The notes under the pieces: generated by a model
The model's database searches: none
What the model was told of the DNA's origin: nothing
What the model saw: only the letters and a program-made list of their open reading frames with translations
Made by a program: the position numbers and the translations under genes
Assembly (NCBI GenBank): GCA_051047955.1
Contig: JBPGPT010000022.1
Span: 1-64,000 of the forward strand
DNA: 64,000 nt
Origin: Cystobasidiomycetes sp. EMM_F5
Taxonomy: Eukaryota
Direction of reading: 5' to 3'
Part shown: positions 27,668 through 40,201 of the stretch, piece by piece
Layout: each line of letters begins with the position of its first letter
Position numbering within the stretch: the stretch's first letter is position 1

Positions 27668-27971
27668 GTCGGCTCCTACAGTACACCGCCCTTTGATGCT
27701 GTCGGATATACAGACCCTCGGTCCGCAGTCAACGTGGGCGGGATGTGATTATGGAGACGGTGTCGGGATATTATCCATGTTCATATTGGTCGGTGTCGAT
27801 ATAAGCTGTCAATGCAGTCAATGCAATCTCTCACTCCCTCTCACCCCTGTCCTCCCCCTCTACGCGCTCATCCGTTCCCAAACACGCAAACTCTGCACGC
27901 GTCAAGACTGACTAAGCATCGGAGGGATATTGTCGTCGGTTCAATCCACGTTGCCGTCGATGAATTATAGT

Positions 27972-29087
27972 CTACACCTCTGCATCAGAGTCATCCACAA
28001 ACGCCTTGCTCTTGACTGCCTTGCTCTGGCTACCGGACGGACTCTTGGTCGTCTTGCTCTTGCCAATCCCCTTGCTCTTCATGCTCGAAATCTCGTCGTC
28101 AATCTGGTCATGGACGATGAGCAGATTGACAAACACTCATTCACACTCCACTCCACTCACCTCCTTAGAGCTGTCCCTCAGCGACTCCCACTGTCCTCTG
28201 TCAATCAGCACACCCCATCACCTTACCACCCACCACCACCACTCACAGTCTCCACACTCAGACTGATCCCCTTCTTGCCGGGCTTCATCTCTTCCGTGTT
28301 CTTGTCTTCGTAGTACTGGTGTTGAGAATAAGGGATTCAGAGTGAGCCATAAGTCTTCTCATCCTACCCAGAACCCAGAACCAACATCGCCCACCTCGCG
28401 AATATCAACCAAGACCATATCCTTGAACGGCCTTACAGTCACGCGCTTCTTCTTGCCGAGCTGTATACAACAATCACAATTAGCATGGACCACTTCCCCA
28501 CTACCCTGCAGTCCACCCACGTCGATAAACAATTCTCCCTGAGCAGTACGCTCCCCCCTTCTCGGCGCAGTACTTGTTGTGGAGCCTGTTGTCGCGACTG
28601 TGGTGGCAGTAGTAGACTCGGGCTGTTTAGTGTCCATCTTTGGCTTCTTCTGCATGTCGTCGAAATATGTAACGATGTATAGCCGATGCGCGTCATAGTA
28701 TCGGCAAGTATGGTGTTGATAGTCAGATTAGCTGTAGGAGACGGCATACCACTACAGCTCTGGACCTACCGCTGGCTTGACGTCCTGCTGTTCATCATCG
28801 TCGTCCTCCTTCTTTGGTCTCTGCGTTGTTTACAAGTACAAGACATGTTGAGCCGAGTCTGTCAATCAGTCCCGCTTACATCTCGCTGTCCACACCTTTA
28901 CTTTCCCATCCTTGACTGCCTTCTCTTTGCCCTTCTTGTCGCTCTTCGTCTTCTTCTTCTTCTTGTCCGTATCGACGTACTCTGCCTCCTCGCTGCTCGA
29001 CGGCTGCTGCTGCTCCTCACTCCCGCTCTCCTCGTCCTCTACGATAAAGTCATCCATAGCGTCGCCGCCGGTCTTGCGTCGTGCCAT
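27972..29087 (-). CDS. SUB1: Transcriptional coactivator PC4/Sub1; multi-exon
   Basis: LGKKKRVTVRPFKDMVLVDIRE, YYEDKNTEEMKPGKKGISL (minus strand ~28258-28316); acidic/Lys-rich N-terminus. Confidence 0.85.
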
Positions 29088-29192
29088 TGTAATTGTAAAT
29101 GCACCTTGTCGAGTTGATTGAATGAAAGAGGTACATATTATTGTCCATTTGCAAGTCTGATAAATGACAACCTCCTTGCCTCCAATCAACCC

Positions 29193-30590
29193 ATGTACGC
29201 TGAAGTCAACTCGATGTCGTACACACGGCCAATACGGACAGCGACAGCGACAACAACATCAGCGCAGACGAGTACGCCCCCAAATGGGACAACCATCAGA
29301 TGCACAGGCCACGACAAGCCGGCAGTGAGGCTGGAATGCAAGAATGGGAATAACCGGGGAAGGTTCTTTTACAAGTGCAGCATGGTGTCGGACGAGGACA
29401 AGTGCAGGTTCTTCCAGCAAGTCCTTTTCATGCAACGCTTCAGTCTTGTGCGACCATAACGCTGACGTCGTTCCTTTTTGTTGAACATTCGCAGCTGGGA
29501 AGACGGAGTGCAGAGTAAGACTGCTTCGAATACCTCCAATACATTCCAACAACCTCCTGCTATGCGTACACAACCACAATCTTTCACACCGCCGGCTAGT
29601 TCTGCATTCTCCGGAGGTGGTCAGACGCTCAGTAGAGGCGATAGTCGAGCACAAGCGAGCAGCGGGAATGGAGTACGCACATTCAGCCGCGCAGCAGTGA
29701 CACCGGCTACTCCATCCAAATCACCACTCAAGTCGCAATCGTCCGGCTCATCTACTGAATATACCCCGTCCCCCTCCCCATCGAAGCGGAAACGGACAGA
29801 CTGGGGTGCTGCCCCCACATCGACGTTGACGTCTTCGTCATCGCCGTCAAAGATGCCTCCTCCGTCTAGTCAGACTGTCGAGGAAGCCATTGACGAAGAG
29901 TGGGACGATGACATGCTCGATGATATCGCAGAGTTTGACGGGAGTGCCAGTCAGGAAGCACAGACCAAATCTCCAAAACCTACTTTTAACAAGTTTACTT
30001 CGTTTAGTGGAGTACAAGCACCTACAACGCCCAAGCATAGCAACGAAGCGACCTTCGAGAGCGGTAGTGGGAGTACGCAATACCTTACTCCGCCACGCTT
30101 ACAGCAGGGTCTGCCCATTACGCCCAAGAGTGCGGGAGGTGGAGGTGCGGAGAGTGCAGCCAGCAAGAAATGGCAGACCATGATGGAGGATGCTGATACG
30201 CCGTGGAAGGAGAGGAGGGATCAGATGTTTAGTCCTGGCGCTAAAGGCAAAGAAGGTACTACCGCTAGCGGTACAAACAGTCAAGACCTGGCAAATCACC
30301 TATTTCCCACAACTCCGTCTCCTACAGAGCCTGTAGACGCAACACCTGCTCCTGATACTCCTTCGAGACACTTGCAGACAATGACGGACCAGCTGTCCAA
30401 CTTACAGACGTCTGTGGAGAGTGCAAGTCGTTCGACGATTGCACTTGAGCGGCAGCTGAAGGCGGCACAACAAAAGGCTGCATACCATGAGAAGAGGGAA
30501 AAGGAGGCAAGAGCAGAGCTGGAGGAGATGAGGAAGAAGGTCAGGACCCTGCAGCACGAGAATGAGGTATTGAGGAGTGGAATGCTTTGA
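29193..30590 (+). CDS. GRF zinc-finger protein with disordered S/T/P region and C-terminal coiled coil
   Basis: CTGH..AVRL...NGNNRGRFFYKC......CRFF(H)WED, assembled via a GC-AG intron at 29417-29494; start and 3' end uncertain. Confidence 0.8.
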
Positions 30591-31337
30591 TTTGTAGCGG
30601 GATAAAAGAATGCTGATCATTACGTTCGACGGAGGAAGTTAGAGTACACAGTCTTGTCGTTGTCTATAGGATACTATCTTGATACACGAAGAAATACCTG
30701 CGCTTGGCTGTTTCTACCTTTAAATTGGGAAACTTCATCGTGTCGACTTATGTTTGAATTCGGACGATCTCTGTGCATATCCTGTACATGTCCACCGAAA
30801 TGGCAATCTTGCTTCTCGACTGAAGAATACGAGAATACCTGACCTTCTATCTCTTGCTGATTGACTCATTATACCTCACGTAGACCCGTAGCTTCACTGG
30901 GAGCGAACCCCATTTCGCACTGTAAGCCTGGCTATGGCATCGCAGGCTGTCGAGGACGGCAAGACTGCCTTTAGAATCTGGAAACTGCCAGCAAGAATCA
31001 TGCGAGATGTCGGAAAAGCAGTCTTCAAAGCCCTATTCCGCCAGGCTCGCGAGAAGCGCACTTGATATTCCCTGGTCACTGGCTTGTTTTCCCTTCAGGA
31101 TGACCTACCGGACTATCCCCCGGATTCCGTCACCCAAGTCACAGGCCCGTCTTTTCACATTCACATTCACAAGCTGCGGAAGTATGGCGATCCCGGATGC
31201 AGGCCGTTTCAGCACGGCAATAAATTGAGACCAATTTCGTTTAACGGTGCGGGTTTGCTTTCCACTCAACGCTCCATCATCCACTCTGCATCATCCATCA
31301 GACACTTTCGATAAGCCGTCAAACAATCACCCACATC

Positions 31338-31766
31338 ATGCGTCTCTCCCTGATCGCTTCCATCATCACCGTCGCGGTATCAGGGCATACGGTTGCAGCT
31401 GGTCTGATTAGCAATCGAGACGCCGCTTCAGCGTGCGCCGATTTCGGCTGCGATGATTGCTCAAGCACTCTGTGGTGAGTTTGACCCAAAGACATGACCA
31501 TAGCCATCCTCATGCATGTGGTGGCCATGCAGCTCCGTAGCAGGTACTGGTGGTACAGGTTGCTACAAGAACAACAACTGTACGTGCCCTGACACATTTC
31601 AGATGATGTCCACGGTGACATCTGGCTGATTCACGTCGCTCCCTGCGCAGGCGCACAATTCCATGGATGTTCGCTATATGGCAATCCTGGGGAGAACGGC
31701 TGCTCTGGTAATTATCCAATTCCATGCCTTTCGTGCTCCGAGCTCTACACAAGTACAGCTCTCTGA
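31338..31766 (+). CDS. Small secreted cysteine-rich protein (10 Cys), paralogue 1; 3 exons
   Basis: Spliced: MRLSLIASIITVAVSGHTVAAGLISNRDAASACADFGCDDCSSTLCSVAGTGGTGCYKNNNCAQFHGCSLYGNPGENGCSGNYPIPCLSCSELYTSTAL*. Confidence 0.8.
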
Positions 31767-32267
31767 CCGTTGGAAGTCGGCATCACGTAGTGCTCTACAG
31801 GCTTCACTCATTCTCTGCCTTTTGTACCTTTTCCCAGCCACGATTAGTCGCGCTGTAGTACTCCATTGAAGCAGTTGGCAAGACGAACCGCTTCTGACGT
31901 ATTTTGTGAACGTTTTCTAAAATCATCTGCAACAAATACAACGGACTGAAAGAACACAAGTCTTCTCAGCTCTGTTCGCCTCGTGGCCATTCCGGGCGCC
32001 AATTAATTCGGACCTTTATACGCCTCTGCACACACGTACAGAGTCGAAGCTACGCGGCGCTGGTGAAAGTCCGGATAGGACGCGGTCAATTAGGGTTGAG
32101 GAAAATACGCGAACATTGTGCACACGGGCCTCGGATCAATTGCGAGACATACTGATAGTCAAGACCAAGTCAGTCAGGCTTGGATCTCTAGCCAGTGCCC
32201 TGTATCTTCACCTTTTAAAAGACGCGCAAACAGACATAAAGACCACTCGTCAACAACTCAAGCTACA

Positions 32268-32698
32268 ATGCGCTATTCTTTTTCCTTGTCCATCTGTCTC
32301 CTGTCTGTAGCTGGTCACGTCGCCAGCGCTGTTCTCGGGAGTCGCCAGACCTCTGATGTCTGCACCTCTCTGGGCTGTGACAACTGCAATGCCGGTGCAA
32401 TCTGGTGAGTCCTGATCATGGTCGACCGTATGCTGAGCCGGGCTCTCTTTGATGTCAGCTTTGTGTTTCTCCCAGCGTCGAGAACACAGGCAGTGATGAC
32501 CAAGGTTGCTACAAGACCGCTGGATGTTTGTGCCCTCTGCTGCTCTGTGTGAGCAGTACATTACTGACAATGATGTGTTGTTCAGGCGCCTCCTATCACG
32601 GATGCTTCACGGTCGGTGCAGCAGGTGAAGGTGGATGTCCCGAGGCTTTTCCATTTCCGTGCGAAACCTGTACCACTTCCATCGACTTTGGCACATAA
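32268..32698 (+). CDS. Small secreted cysteine-rich protein (10 Cys), paralogue 2; 3 exons
   Basis: Spliced: MRYSFSLSICLLSVAGHVASAVLGSRQTSDVCTSLGCDNCNAGAICVENTGSDDQGCYKTAGCASYHGCFTVGAAGEGGCPEAFPFPCETCTTSIDFGT*. Confidence 0.8.
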
Positions 32699-33028
32699 TG
32701 TCTGGCGGTTCCAAGGTGACTGAAATGCCGTCGTGCTGTGTTGTCCGGGACTCTGTGAACATTCAGAACTCCAGGGTCTCCGCAACTGGCGCTATAGTCT
32801 TGCTTGATTCATTTTGTAGAATGGGCCAATCATACTACCTTAACAAGCCTTCCAGCGGTTATAAGAGTGCAACTTGCATCGCCTGTGAGGCCATTTTCGT
32901 CATTCTGCTTCTAGGGGTGTCGCCTACGTTGACCTCGTGCGGGCGTTCAACAGGCCGACATATTGCATGCACGTCCATTGACAATGTGAGGTTCTACTCA
33001 ATGCTACTCTCCTCTGCTCCAAACGAGC

Positions 33029-34309
33029 ATGGAAGAACTCTGCCAGGCATTCTCCCAGTCGAGCGGGGAATTGCGAACAAACCATCATCTCGTCCACACT
33101 GCTTCCGGCAAGGATGACCGCATTCGCGAGTTCTATCTGCAGCACAAACATCATGAGCCTGGCCCAGTCATCTGTGCTTCACCCTTCATCCCTAAAAACC
33201 TCATCGAACACCTCCTCCGAAACAAACGAGATTCGGCTTTAGCTAGAAAATACGTTCACGGCAGTCATATTTCAAACATGCAGGGAGCGTTGCACTCTTT
33301 CGTGACTGCACTGGCTCCGATTAAGATGCACGGCGACTACGTCTACGAACATGGCCATTCTATCCGCTTGTTCCCACCCGCGCCGAAAGAAAACGTCAGT
33401 GTGCTATCAGAGTTGGCGAATGCTCCGTCGCGGAAAGCCCAGTATCGACCAGTGGTGCTCAGTACAACCATTCACCTCGACTTTGAGAATTCCCAGGTCG
33501 CCATGGCTTTTTTTGCTGTCAACGAGCAAGGTCCTCTGCCACAACCGTTTCCTGAGCAAATAAACATTCCTTCTGCCGCTCAACTTTCAGATGGGCAGTT
33601 CAGCCTTCGTTACGAAGCAGAGCTTCGTCAGCATGCTGTCTGGCATCTCCATAAGTCCCACAGACTACCAACTACAAAAGAGCCAATGGAAATCGAAGCA
33701 GTCAGAGCATTACTGCGGCGTGACATTCTCTCCCGCCGACAATGGGATGTACTTGAGGGCAAGACTGTTAAGGTGCACAACCAGCTTTTGTCTCTGGAAA
33801 TGATGCATGCAACGCTGGTACAAAGCTTGTCAAACGAGCTACGTGGTTTGGAGAGGCTGTGCACAAACGGCTACGTTTTCACTTGGGATCCACCCTCCAT
33901 CTTTGCTCAAATGCTTTCTCCGCTTCTGCTGAATGCGTTGCTAATCCACGCATTCCGCGATGTACTTGATACAATGCCGCTCATTCGGATGAAGGCTTTC
34001 GTTTTCAACAGCTATGCTGATCCGGCAAGTCTGGATCTACTCAAGGTCGTCTTGAAGGGACGAGACGATATCGCGTGCATTGGCAAGGCGGCCTTGTTTG
34101 ATGAAACGATCCATGGAGTCGGCGGTCATTACTCTGGGGGTAAGCAATTCCCGAGTGCCACGCTCGTACTGCACAATAATAGCGATGGCTTTGGTGCAAA
34201 CATAGAAACCGAGGGCTGCTCGAGCTTAGATGGCGTGATAGGCTGCTATTCGAGCGCGGCAGCTAGTCTGCACAGACAAAGATCAGATTTGATCAAGTAT
34301 TTGCTTTAG
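33029..34309 (+). CDS. Hypothetical protein, 426 aa, apparently intronless
   Basis: Long ATG-initiated ORF with globular composition; C-terminal LVLHNNSDGFGANIETEG..SLDGVIG..SSAA segment looks conserved but could not be assigned. Confidence 0.75.
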   Translation: MEELCQAFSQSSGELRTNHHLVHTASGKDDRIREFYLQHKHHEPGPVICASPFIPKNLIEHLLRNKRDSALARKYVHGSHISNMQGALHSFVTALAPIKMHGDYVYEHGHSIRLFPPAPKENVSVLSELANAPSRKAQYRPVVLSTTIHLDFENSQVAMAFFAVNEQGPLPQPFPEQINIPSAAQLSDGQFSLRYEAELRQHAVWHLHKSHRLPTTKEPMEIEAVRALLRRDILSRRQWDVLEGKTVKVHNQLLSLEMMHATLVQSLSNELRGLERLCTNGYVFTWDPPSIFAQMLSPLLLNALLIHAFRDVLDTMPLIRMKAFVFNSYADPASLDLLKVVLKGRDDIACIGKAALFDETIHGVGGHYSGGKQFPSATLVLHNNSDGFGANIETEGCSSLDGVIGCYSSAAASLHRQRSDLIKYLL

Positions 34310-34610
34310 TATGATGACAGCCGAGTGATACTCAATGGAGGCGCGGCGTAAATTGGTCAGTGGTTGTGTCAGTCGAAGTCTCTCTTTGTTGCAGTCTGCA
34401 ATTGTAGGGACTACAGAAACGAGAATTCGCAGAAGACAATCGACGAAGGTGGATATTGTACAAGTGCAGAAAGTATTGCAAAGTGCGCCATAGTAGAACA
34501 CACTTGCAAGGTCCCTCCAACATCGACTGCTCCTACATCTTCCCGTGTCTGTGTGTTCAATAACCAGCATACTACAATGCTGGGCCGAGGTAATGGAGCA
34601 TACTGCCTGA

Positions 34611-35749
34611 TTACGCATCCTTAACCTTGACTGAACCACGTAACAAACCCGTACGTCTGGCAGCAATGAGACCTGCCTTTTGTCCGGATACTGCATTGCG
34701 GGCGATAGTAGAAGCTTTACCAATGTGTTGATGGTTACCACCACCCTGTTTATGAGATGAGAATTGTCAGCACAAAGTCATGGCCCAAACTTTCAAGAAA
34801 CAATACGCACATGGGGATGGTCGACTGGGTTCATCGCAACACCACGAGTCTTTGGCCAGCAGTTTCTCTTCACTCTGTACTTGTGGTGAGCGGTACCAGC
34901 CTTGAGCATTGGCTTGTCGATACGTCCACCCCCCGCAACGATTCCAATAGTCGCACGAGCATTCGACATGACAATCTTCTTTGCACCTGATGGCAGCTTG
35001 AGACGGGTCTTGCCGGTATCGACATCGTGACCGACGACGGTAGCGTAGTTTCCGGATGTTCGCGCCAACGAGCCGCGGTCACCTGGCTTCTCCTCTACAT
35101 TGCACACGACCGTTCCTTCGGGTAGTTGCCCCAGCGGCAGCACGTTGCCGACGTTCAAGGTCGCCTTCTTTCCGCAATAGATGAATTGACCGGTCGCCAA
35201 TCCTTCGGTGGCAATGAAAAGCTCTGTCCGGGTCTTGTATCGGTACGGGTCACGGAAGGTGACTTTGGCGATGGGAGCACCACGACCTGGGTCTGAACAG
35301 ATGCTAGGTATTCAGTGGAGGAATCCCTTAAGTGTAATACGTCCAGACTGACCGTGAACAATCTCCTTGATCAGGCCGCGAACGTATCCATTGCGTTCGG
35401 CAAAGTCGAGCGTCCTGAGCTTGACTGCTCCCACTCTCTTGCTGGTATGCGATTTGAAGATACCACCGCTTTTACGCTGGCTGGATGTGCGGAATGAATT
35501 GCAGGTTGCAATGTCGGTGAACAGGACCAATGCCAAATTTGCGAATGCAAGCGAGCGTAGGCGAATCGTATATCGTAGCAGTAGACGGAGCACACAGAAC
35601 AGAAAGCATAGTCAGCTTATCCATACTTTGCGATTGTTTCGTGTGATGCGGTGGACCGCTCCAGCTGGTCGGAAGGCTGCCCATTCCCGCCGTGGCCGCC
35701 CAGCCGCATCATGAGTGCATCGTACTGACTTTCGGATAACGCGACCCAT
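34611..35749 (-). CDS. RPL2: 60S ribosomal protein uL2 (L2/L8); spliced
   Basis: [65 protein letters not shown]. Confidence 0.97.
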
Positions 35750-36064
35750 AGTTGCTGTCCTGGCTTCCTACGGTGTTGTGGCCGGGCAGCCAGCTCTCTT
35801 TGGGGGATTCTTGGGCAGCTGCAGGAAGGCTCACCTCAATCGAGTCGGGGAAAATTCAGAAAACCAGAAAGAAAAGGCAAAAGTCTGGACATCGCAACAT
35901 CGTTGGGCAGCGTGGGACGGCAGTCGGCTAGTCTACAGACAACGTAGACTGTCTTTGAAGCTATCGAAACAGGCATGCAGAAACTGCCCGAGAAGCTCGA
36001 AGATGCGGAGATGCGCAAGAAAGGCCAGAACAACAGACCATCATTGATTGCTTTTGGGTATATG

Positions 36065-39000
36065 CTACAGTTCGATGGAGTACGTTCGTTGGATTGGAGC
36101 GGCTGTCTTGATCCTGAGTGGAAGTGAAGGCGCTTGAAATACAGTCTGCGAGCCGTGCTCATTTCGTCCGGTCACTGCAGGCCCCGCCTCTGCCATACTT
36201 CTGACTCCTCTTGCCTCTTGTTGGGCGATGTACACTGATCGAGTCATTCGCTGTGGTTGCCTAAACTCGTTGCCTAGTTCGGCTGGAGACTGCTGACCTC
36301 GCTTCCGGGCAGATCTTCGATACTGCCATCCGCCGCTATAGTCAGCAAACTCGGAAGACGCCGTAGATACAGAGCTAGCTCGAACGGAATGGATCGACTG
36401 TTCTTCAATGGCATCGTATTCGCCGAGACTCTGCGCCCACTGCATCGTCCTCGCCAGGGCAGGCATTTCTTGAGCTGATAGGCTATTGTCTCTAGCCATG
36501 GGAATGCTTGATGATTCCTACCCAAAATTTCACCTTAGCCATCTTTCCGAGCTTACGTGCCGCTCACTGGTTGACTCACTCGGACGACAATAACCTCAGC
36601 ATTAGTAGCCGATGCCTTTGTGGAGCTTGACACTACCGCAGTACTTTCCGTCTCGTCTGTTACTTCAAAGACAGCATCATCGCCACCGCCGTCGACATTT
36701 TCTGTAATGTTGGCTGTCTGCAGTCCGCCTTTCCGTGAAGTGCCTTTGGATTTGGTCGATAATGCACGTGCAGCCGCCTGCAGGTGCATGCGACATCAGA
36801 ACTTGTCATTCACCTGCCACGGCGTTCCTTACTATGGCTGTTCTCGGCGTTGTGGGTCGAGTTGGTCGACACTTAACGAGTATGCGCTCGACTTCCTCTT
36901 GCTCTTCCTGACTGTTTCCTTTATCCACTTCCACATCATCATCTTCCTCTCCATCTGAATCTGAATCTGAAGCTGAAGAATCGCTATCGGCTGATTCGGA
37001 TTCTACGCTGGGTGCGTCGTACGAACGCATAGCCTTCCCTTTTGGAACGATGAGGCCCGACTGCCTCCAGCTTGGCTCGATAGGGCATCCGGATGAAGCT
37101 GTGCGTTGCCTTTTTCTACTGTGGCTGATGACTGGCTGCCGACTGCGCGTAGCATCGATGCCTACAAGCTTCTTCTCGCCTGCCAGCTTGCGGCGCCGAC
37201 ATGCTCTTGGGGCTATCTTCATTACGTCGGTCATGTTTAGAGCGCAGCCGGAGTCTGCGTGGTCTTCGCTTGCAGTCACTATCGATGAATCGGTCACGAT
37301 GTCTGCCGACAATTCCTGAAAGGAGACATATGCACGTATCGTCAAGTCCACGTCTCGACAAGTAAACACAGCCACTCACAGAGATGCTGTCGTTCGCTGC
37401 AAACGCATGACAGATCTTGCAGAACCAGTTTCGATCTTCACTGAGGTCGTCACTGTCGCGACCGACACAGCTCGCGTGATACGTTCGGATGGGGCATTCC
37501 TCACTGGCGCATTGTACCATTGGACGACCAAGTTCCGGCTGCCGACAGATACAGTATATTTGACCTGTATCGCCGTCGTCTTCAAGCATGAAACCGGCAT
37601 TGTCGCCATCTTGCCATTCAATGTTCATAGTTACTGGTGCTGGGGACTTGCCCATCTCAGGCACACCCGGCCCAGGGTGAAGAATCCCCGCAGTTGCTGG
37701 AGATGCGGCATTGTGACAGTCCTGAATCTTCTGCAATAACGACGATGTGTTTGTTCCATCCGGTGCAGATGGTTTGGGAGTCGTGGAAATTTCAGCAGAT
37801 TCGCTGACTTGAACAGCAGAGGCACTGCTCGCAGTTTGCGCAAAAGCAGTTTCCGGAGCATCGCTTGGGCGTGAAGATGCACTTGCCATCGGTGAAGCAA
37901 AATGAAGAGACGCAGACGCGGTCAAAGTGTCTCCATGACCCGCTGCATCTCGGGCAGGAACAAAGTCGTTCGTTTCCTCATCGCTACTCTCATCGAGGTT
38001 GAAAATTGCAGACTTGTTTGCCTGCAGCTTCTTCGAGCGCGACTTGAACGGTGACGGCAGCTTACTATTTAGATCGACCTCTAGGAACGCCAAATTGAAT
38101 GATGTCGTAGATTCATGGGCTTCATGAAGCATTTCTTCGAAGTTCGAAGTCGGACTAGATTGCCTGACACGACAAGACGCGGCATGAGTGTTTTATGCCC
38201 TTCATAGAATGACAATGCAGTCACCTGTGGCTGCGCTCCCCTCCATTTGTGGTATGGATGAGAGCAGCGTGCGAAACGCTTGCTGAGATCGTTACTAGCT
38301 CGTCGCTGATGGGCGGAACGGCCTCTGGATGACTGCTAGGTACCGGTGACGCGTCAAGCATTGATGGTATGATCTGTTGGTTATCACCATCGGCTTTGGT
38401 CACGGTTACGGTTCCGTCGGGCGACTTCCTATACTCAGATGTCAGTCTATGAGATCGACAATAGCAGAGTATTATACTCACTTGGCTGAGGCTGCCACCT
38501 CATCATTCTCGAAGTCCACTTGCATGGATTCCATGTCCATAGGCGTACCTTCTCGAGTTGAAGGACAAGGCGGGTACTGCATACAGAAGCTGAAGACCAG
38601 GAGTCTGTTTTAGCCGATCGATGAGAGTGGGGCGTATGTTTGCCGTAGCTTACGCAATGTCGTCCTCATCGCTGTCGTCGACCATTTGTGTATCAATCGC
38701 AATCACTGGTGTGCTACAGGGTCGCGTTGAGCAGATCGAAGCATCATGCGACGATGGGCGTCAACACTCACTGCGGCTCAGCATCCAATGCAGAGGTGTC
38801 GCTATCTAGCGGCATTTCGGATGAGGCTGCGAGCGATTCATGCTCTGCAAATGAAGGTGGAGCTGACAATGCTCTACTTGTCCTGGTAAGGCTGAATACA
38901 TCAGGCTGAGAATATCCAAAACTGACCGATATGTGCTCACAGGGATTCACAGTCAGCCGGTGTGATTTCCAAAGCCTCCGAGAGTGTTCTTTGAACGTAT

Positions 39001-40201
39001 GGCCGGATCTCTATGTCGGTGAGTGATATGCAGGCGGAAAGACCGGTGTACGAGTTCTCTCTTTGAGACTTCAGTGGCATTGGCGTAGGCGGAGATCGAC
39101 ATACGTGCTGGTCCTTGGTATAATCGGTATGATCTAGATTCATGTCTTGTACGGCATCATGTAGGGATTGGGTCGCGGAGCTTGATTCTGGCCGGCTTCT
39201 GGTAGGTGAAGCGCAGTCATCGAGGCAGATGTATTTCTCAATCTCTGAGCTGTTGATGGAGTTTTGTGACGACTGCGTAACGTCAGCCGGGACAGTCTTC
39301 ACTTTTTGCTGTGTCTGAGACACTGTCGTTATTGCTTCTTTCGATGCTTGTGTGTTCTCAGGCGGTGAAATTGCGGCTGCCGTGACAAGGGCGTGTTCTT
39401 GGCTCACTATCACATCAGCCTCCGCAGTTGCACAGACTGCAGAATGGAGAGATATTTCTGTTCGTTCCAGATTGGTTGTCCCAGATTCTAGGCTTTGCTT
39501 CGTGCCATCGTGCTGCGTTCTGACTTCTGTCACAATCCTATTGAATGGATGTAGCGTCAGGCACGTTTATACACGTCTTGCAGAGGCACGAGAGTAAATA
39601 CACACCATTCGTGGGGTCTAGAGTCACTGATTCCACATTCTACCGTTACTCCCCAGGTGCACGCTTCCGTGCACGCTAGATTACCTTGCATCCACGTGTT
39701 GCACTCTGCAGTCAATCTTGTCTTTCGCTTGCTGAATACGACGGCGACCTGATTGGAGCGAAAGAATTCGCCTACTGCGAGTTTGGCAGCGCTCAGAGTT
39801 GAGAATGCGGCGCCGATGGACATTGATTGGGCTTGACATGTCGGGTGAGACATGCTTTGACTAGTCGAGGTAGATGGTGTATCGACGGCGTCAGATCTGC
39901 CCAGAGAATCGCCGGGAAAAATCAGAGCAGGGCTGTTCGACTTTATGGATACATCTTGCTGACTAGCCGCCTCGGAAGGCTGCTCGACACGATACGACGT
40001 CAAAGGTTTTGGCGTGGCGTCTTGTCGGACATTCTTGACGATATCTCGAGGAGCGTCTCTGAGCGACGACACCTGCAAGCGTTCCCACGACTGAACCCGT
40101 CTAGCCTGGGCTGCTCGATTGTGGTGACTGCTGGCGTTGTTGCTGCTGCGTGTGCTCGTAGACTCGTCGCTGAAGCTGCGCCGTGACCTTATGACGGCCA
40201 T
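36065..40201 (-). CDS. Large multi-exon nuclear protein: N-terminal WRKY/GCM1/MuDR-like Zn domain and an ING-type PHD finger
   Basis: PHD: YCICRQPELGRPMVQCASEECPIRTYHASCVG...WFCKIC. N-terminal IGAAFSTLSAAKLAV...C...CTWGVTV...W|IVTEVRTQH. Co-linear minus-strand exons; whether it is a single gene, and its 3' end, are uncertain. Confidence 0.65.

Noticed and set aside
34283..34744. Cys-containing ORFs between the orphan gene and RPL2
   Set aside because: Overlap convergent 3' ends; no ATG-led signal peptide or paralogous pattern.
35610..35712. Possible C/D snoRNA in the RPL2 intron (ATGATGC...CTGA)
   Set aside because: Imperfect C box, the CTGA coincides with the branch motif, and I recognise no rRNA guide.
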